From: Spirochaetia bacterium
Lineage (GTDB): Bacteria > Spirochaetota > Spirochaetia > SZUA-6 > Bin103
DNA length: 64,000 nt
NCBI GenBank assembly: GCA_965203515.1
Contig: OZ241907.1
Location: 1,952,001-2,016,000, forward strand
Direction: 5' to 3'
Shown here: positions 61,183 through 64,000 of the stretch, in pieces
How the letters are laid out: every line of letters begins with the position of its first letter
Position numbering within the stretch: position 1 is the first letter of the stretch
Program-made: the position numbers and the translations under genes
Notes under the pieces: generated by a model
The model's database searches: none
Told to the model about the DNA's origin: nothing
The model's input: only the letters and a program-made list of their open reading frames with translations

Positions 61183-62728
61183 AGGCGACCTGACCGCGAG
61201 GGTCAAACACGGCGGCACACGACGACCCGACGCGGCCATTGAGCTGAGCCGTCGCTTGGCCGAGGCGACCGGACGCGCGTCTGGCCGCGAAATTCCTGAT
61301 ATGCAGCCTTGATCTCGACGATCTTTGATCAGCGGTTTCCGCTTTCGGCAGCGGGGCTGAACGGAACCGGCGCCTGACGGTCCGCGCCGGGCGGCCGAAT
61401 CCGGCGACTGCGTGACGGTGGCGGTGATGAGCGGCGCACAGCAGTCGGAGATTGCTCGGCTCGGCGGTGCCGCCCTGGGCATACGGCACGACGTGATCGA
61501 TCTGCAGCAGGTGTTGGGAGCCGCAGCGGCGCCCGCTGATGCGGTCCACGTAGCTGCAGCGGCCCCGGTCGCGCCGCCAGACCGCGCGCTTGACCGCCGC
61601 CGGGACGGCGCGGCCGGTCGCGCCGCCCGCCTTCGCTGCCGAAGTTTGGGTCCGCGGCGGCGCAGCCGGCTTCGCGCATGCCGCAGCCGGCCGGCCGAGG
61701 CGCCGCGTCTTCGCCGCCGAAGTGGCGTCGGTCGCAGGCTTCGCTGCCGAAGTGTCAAGGTGGTCCGGGCGGCGGTCCGCCTGCAGCGGCGAAGCGGCTT
61801 CGTCTCCCGGCTCCGCCGCCGGCTGCGCCGCCGCCTGAGCTGCGCTGGCCTCCTGCTTCGCTGCCGAAGCGGCGCCGGGAGCCGAGGCCGCCTGCGTCTT
61901 CGCCGCCGAAGTCCGCTCGGCGCCTGCAGCCCGGGCGCCGGTGAGCCGCCCGCGCGGCGGCCGGGCCGGGTCGTGACGGTCGAGCCCTTCCTGCACCAGC
62001 CGCCCCATGAGCTGCCCCAACGTCATGTGTGGATCGACGTGGGACAGGAGGCCCTTGAGCCGCTCCAACCCGCGCCGGCACTCATCGTCGATGACCGCCT
62101 TGATCTCCCAGCGCCCGGCGCCCAGCGGGCGCACCCGATCCGCCGGCACCGCCAGTTCCGGGTCGACCTCGGCCAGCAACCGCATCACCTGCCGGCTGCT
62201 CTTGCCGGCCGCCTGCTCCACCAGCGCCCGCCGCGCCGACCGGTCCAGCACCGGCGCCGGCTGACGCTCCGCCGGCTGAGCCGGTTCCGGCGCCGAGCCG
62301 TCCTGCTGCGCGGCAGCGCCGAACCCGTTCCTGCCTGGCGCGTTGCGCGCCGCGCGATCCCTGTTGCGGTCCTGCCGATCGAAGGCGTTCTGCAACTGCG
62401 CGGCCGCGTTGAGCGTCATCGAGCCGTCCTGCAGGCGCTCGCGCACGCCGTCGATGTCCGCGCAGAGGCGCATCGCCTTGATGCGCCGCCAAGCGGCGGC
62501 GTCGCTGTAGCCCAGCTCGCGGACCGCGTAATCGAACAGGCTGGAGAACCCGCGACGCAGGTAGAGACGGCGCTTCCGAATCTCGCGCAGATGGTCGATG
62601 ACGACCACTTCGAGCTGGTGTTCGATGCCGGACAGTTCCTTGGTCCGCTCTATCAGGCGGTCGTCGGAGAGGGCGGAAACGGTGGTCGTGATGGCTGCGT
62701 CGGCGGTGTCGGAACGAGTGCCGTTCAT
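61151..62728 (-). CDS. HNH endonuclease with DUF222-like helical N-terminus and SAAK-repeat linker
   Basis: RRLY..GFSSLFDY...LGYS; VWRRDRGRC...C...IDH..P...GG...NLRLLC..HH. Confidence 0.88.
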   Translation of the reverse strand: MNGTRSDTADAAITTTVSALSDDRLIERTKELSGIEHQLEVVVIDHLREIRKRRLYLRRGFSSLFDYAVRELGYSDAAAWRRIKAMRLCADIDGVRERLQDGSMTLNAAAQLQNAFDRQDRNRDRAARNAPGRNGFGAAAQQDGSAPEPAQPAERQPAPVLDRSARRALVEQAAGKSSRQVMRLLAEVDPELAVPADRVRPLGAGRWEIKAVIDDECRRGLERLKGLLSHVDPHMTLGQLMGRLVQEGLDRHDPARPPRGRLTGARAAGAERTSAAKTQAASAPGAASAAKQEASAAQAAAQPAAEPGDEAASPLQADRRPDHLDTSAAKPATDATSAAKTRRLGRPAAACAKPAAPPRTQTSAAKAGGATGRAVPAAVKRAVWRRDRGRCSYVDRISGRRCGSQHLLQIDHVVPYAQGGTAEPSNLRLLCAAHHRHRHAVAGFGRPARTVRRRFRSAPLPKAETADQRSSRSRLHIRNFAARRASGRLGQATAQLNGRVGSSCAAVFDPRGQVAYRRRAREGGS

Positions 62729-62734
62729 GTCATA

Positions 62735-62765
62735 AGTATAATCATGGAAAATACTTGAGTCAAGT
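62735..62765 (-). promoter_or_regulatory. Near-consensus sigma70 promoter of the HNH gene with palindrome over the -35
   Basis: TTGACT-17 nt-TATACT-6 nt-ATG; ACTTGA-g-TCAAGT at 62753-62765. Confidence 0.75.
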
Positions 62766-62861
62766 TAGTCGCCTCCGGATTCCCGGACCGTGGAGGATGA
62801 GAGGCAAGAAGTCCGCATACCCGCACTCGACGACACCGGGCCGCACCGGCACGATGGGCCC

Positions 62862-63449
62862 ATGCCGGTAGCCCGTACCTTGGTGCGCACTACCTACCTG
62901 GAGCTGGCGGCCGATGAGCCGCTGCTGCGTCCCGCGCGGGCCCGGCCCGACTACGATCTGCGCCATGCGGTCGCGGTCACGCCCGACTTCGCCCGATTCC
63001 TGTACCGCGGGGTCGGGTACCCCTGGAACTGGACGCGGCGGGTCGGCTGGAGCTACGCGACGTGGGAGCGCTACTTGGCCGATGACGCCGTGGAGATCTG
63101 GGTCGCGTCCTGCGGCGGCACGGTGGCCGGCTACTTCGAGCTGGTCGCCCACGCCAAGGGCGATGACTCCAAGGGCGACGACGGCGTGGAAATCCGGCAG
63201 TTCGGGATATTCCCGTCGTTCACGGGCCGCGGCCTGGGCGGTCACGTGCTCTGCGACGCCGTGGAGCGCGGGCGCTCGATCGGCAACGGACGCGTCTGGC
63301 TGCACACCTGCACGGCCGATCACCCGCATGCGCTCGCCAATTACTTGGCGCGCGGCATGCGGCCGTTCAAGGAAGAGGAGGGATACGAGGACGTGGAGAC
63401 CGGCGCCGAACCGTGGCCCGGCGCGTTCGCACCCGCGGCGCGGAGGTGA
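62862..63449 (+). CDS. GNAT acetyltransferase
   Basis: GYFEL, FGIFP.FTGRGLGG, VWLHTC..DHP.A..NY..RG. Confidence 0.88.
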   Translation: MPVARTLVRTTYLELAADEPLLRPARARPDYDLRHAVAVTPDFARFLYRGVGYPWNWTRRVGWSYATWERYLADDAVEIWVASCGGTVAGYFELVAHAKGDDSKGDDGVEIRQFGIFPSFTGRGLGGHVLCDAVERGRSIGNGRVWLHTCTADHPHALANYLARGMRPFKEEEGYEDVETGAEPWPGAFAPAARR

Positions 63450-63469
63450 CGGCGCAGCCTCCGGCGCGC

Positions 63470-64000
63470 TCAGGCGCGAAAGATCGCGCTCAACTCCACC
63501 GGCGGGGTAACCGCAAGCTGCTCGCAGGTGCACTCGCGCGGGTCCTTGTCGGGCCGCCACCGCACGAAGTGGGCGGTGTGCCGGAAGCGACCGCCCTGCA
63601 CGTGGTCGTAGGTGACCTCGACGACCCGTTCGGCCCGCAGCGGCACCCAGCTCTGATCCTTTCCCTGGCTCCACCGGCTCACGCTGCCGGGCACGCGTCG
63701 GTCGGGCACGCGTCGGCCCGCGCCGTCCTCGCCCCGGGCGCCGTCCTCGCCCCGGTCACCCGCCGCGGCTCCGGCGCCCGCCGCCTGCATCCAGCCGAAC
63801 CACGGATGGCCGGCGTCGATGCCGTCGCGCAACGGCGCCAGCTCCGCCGCCAGCTCCCGCCGGCGGGATGCGCGGAAGCTGGCCGCGACCCCCACGTGAT
63901 GCAGCCGGCCTCGCTCGTCGTACAGCCCGAGCAGCAGCGACCCGACCAGGGTGCCGGGACCGTTCTTGTGCCAGCGCAGTCCGCCCACCACGCAGTCGAC
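63470..64000 (-). CDS. ligC: ATP-dependent DNA ligase LigC, C-terminal part (5' end outside window)
   Basis: DCVVGG.RWHK, GSLLLGLYD, WVPLR.E.VVEV.YD, RFRH...RWRPDK. Confidence 0.88.
   Translation of the reverse strand, partial: VDCVVGGLRWHKNGPGTLVGSLLLGLYDERGRLHHVGVAASFRASRRRELAAELAPLRDGIDAGHPWFGWMQAAGAGAAAGDRGEDGARGEDGAGRRVPDRRVPGSVSRWSQGKDQSWVPLRAERVVEVTYDHVQGGRFRHTAHFVRWRPDKDPRECTCEQLAVTPPVELSAIFRA

Noticed and set aside
61151..61400. C-terminal ~85 aa of the HNH ORF as a domain
   Set aside because: Low-information Arg/Ala sequence, probably read-through into flanking DNA
61631..61911. Palindrome array as CRISPR
   Set aside because: 14-bp units, irregular spacing, inside an intact reading frame

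Overview
High-GC bacterial chromosome segment. It contains ankyrin, PhyH-dioxygenase, sterol-desaturase-like, sulfatase and glycosidase-like genes; this repertoire is reminiscent of host-associated (e.g. sponge-symbiont) genomes, which is inference only. Ordinary catabolic and transport genes (GH29 fucosidase, beta-propellers, enolase-superfamily enzymes, Gfo/Idh/MocA, MoxR-DUF58, MacAB-like ABC, mmsA) alternate with three accessory/defence patches. (1) 1-6.4 kb: a type III R-M locus whose mod gene lacks the SAM-binding motif, an MNT-HEPN relic and an NYN-CSD gene. (2) 33.2-39.3 kb: an SBD-HNH nuclease, a low-GC two-gene cassette (toxin-like ORF + HTH/ImmA-IrrE peptidase) bracketed by ~70-bp structured direct repeats, an RNA ligase, an Rpn-like chimera and a Phd-VapC relic. 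(3) 48.7-53.4 kb: duplicated Sm-like gene starts, a lipoprotein frameshifted at a C18 tract with a low-GC Ig/zinc-protease payload, and a STAND / STAND-HEPN pair. The right end has a catalytically altered PolX, a LigD-type primase-polymerase and LigC, interrupted by an HNH gene carrying in-frame CTTCG-N4-CGAAG palindromes. Many genes appear leaderless. No rRNA, tRNA or CRISPR array was recognised. All family assignments come from motif recognition, not database searches.
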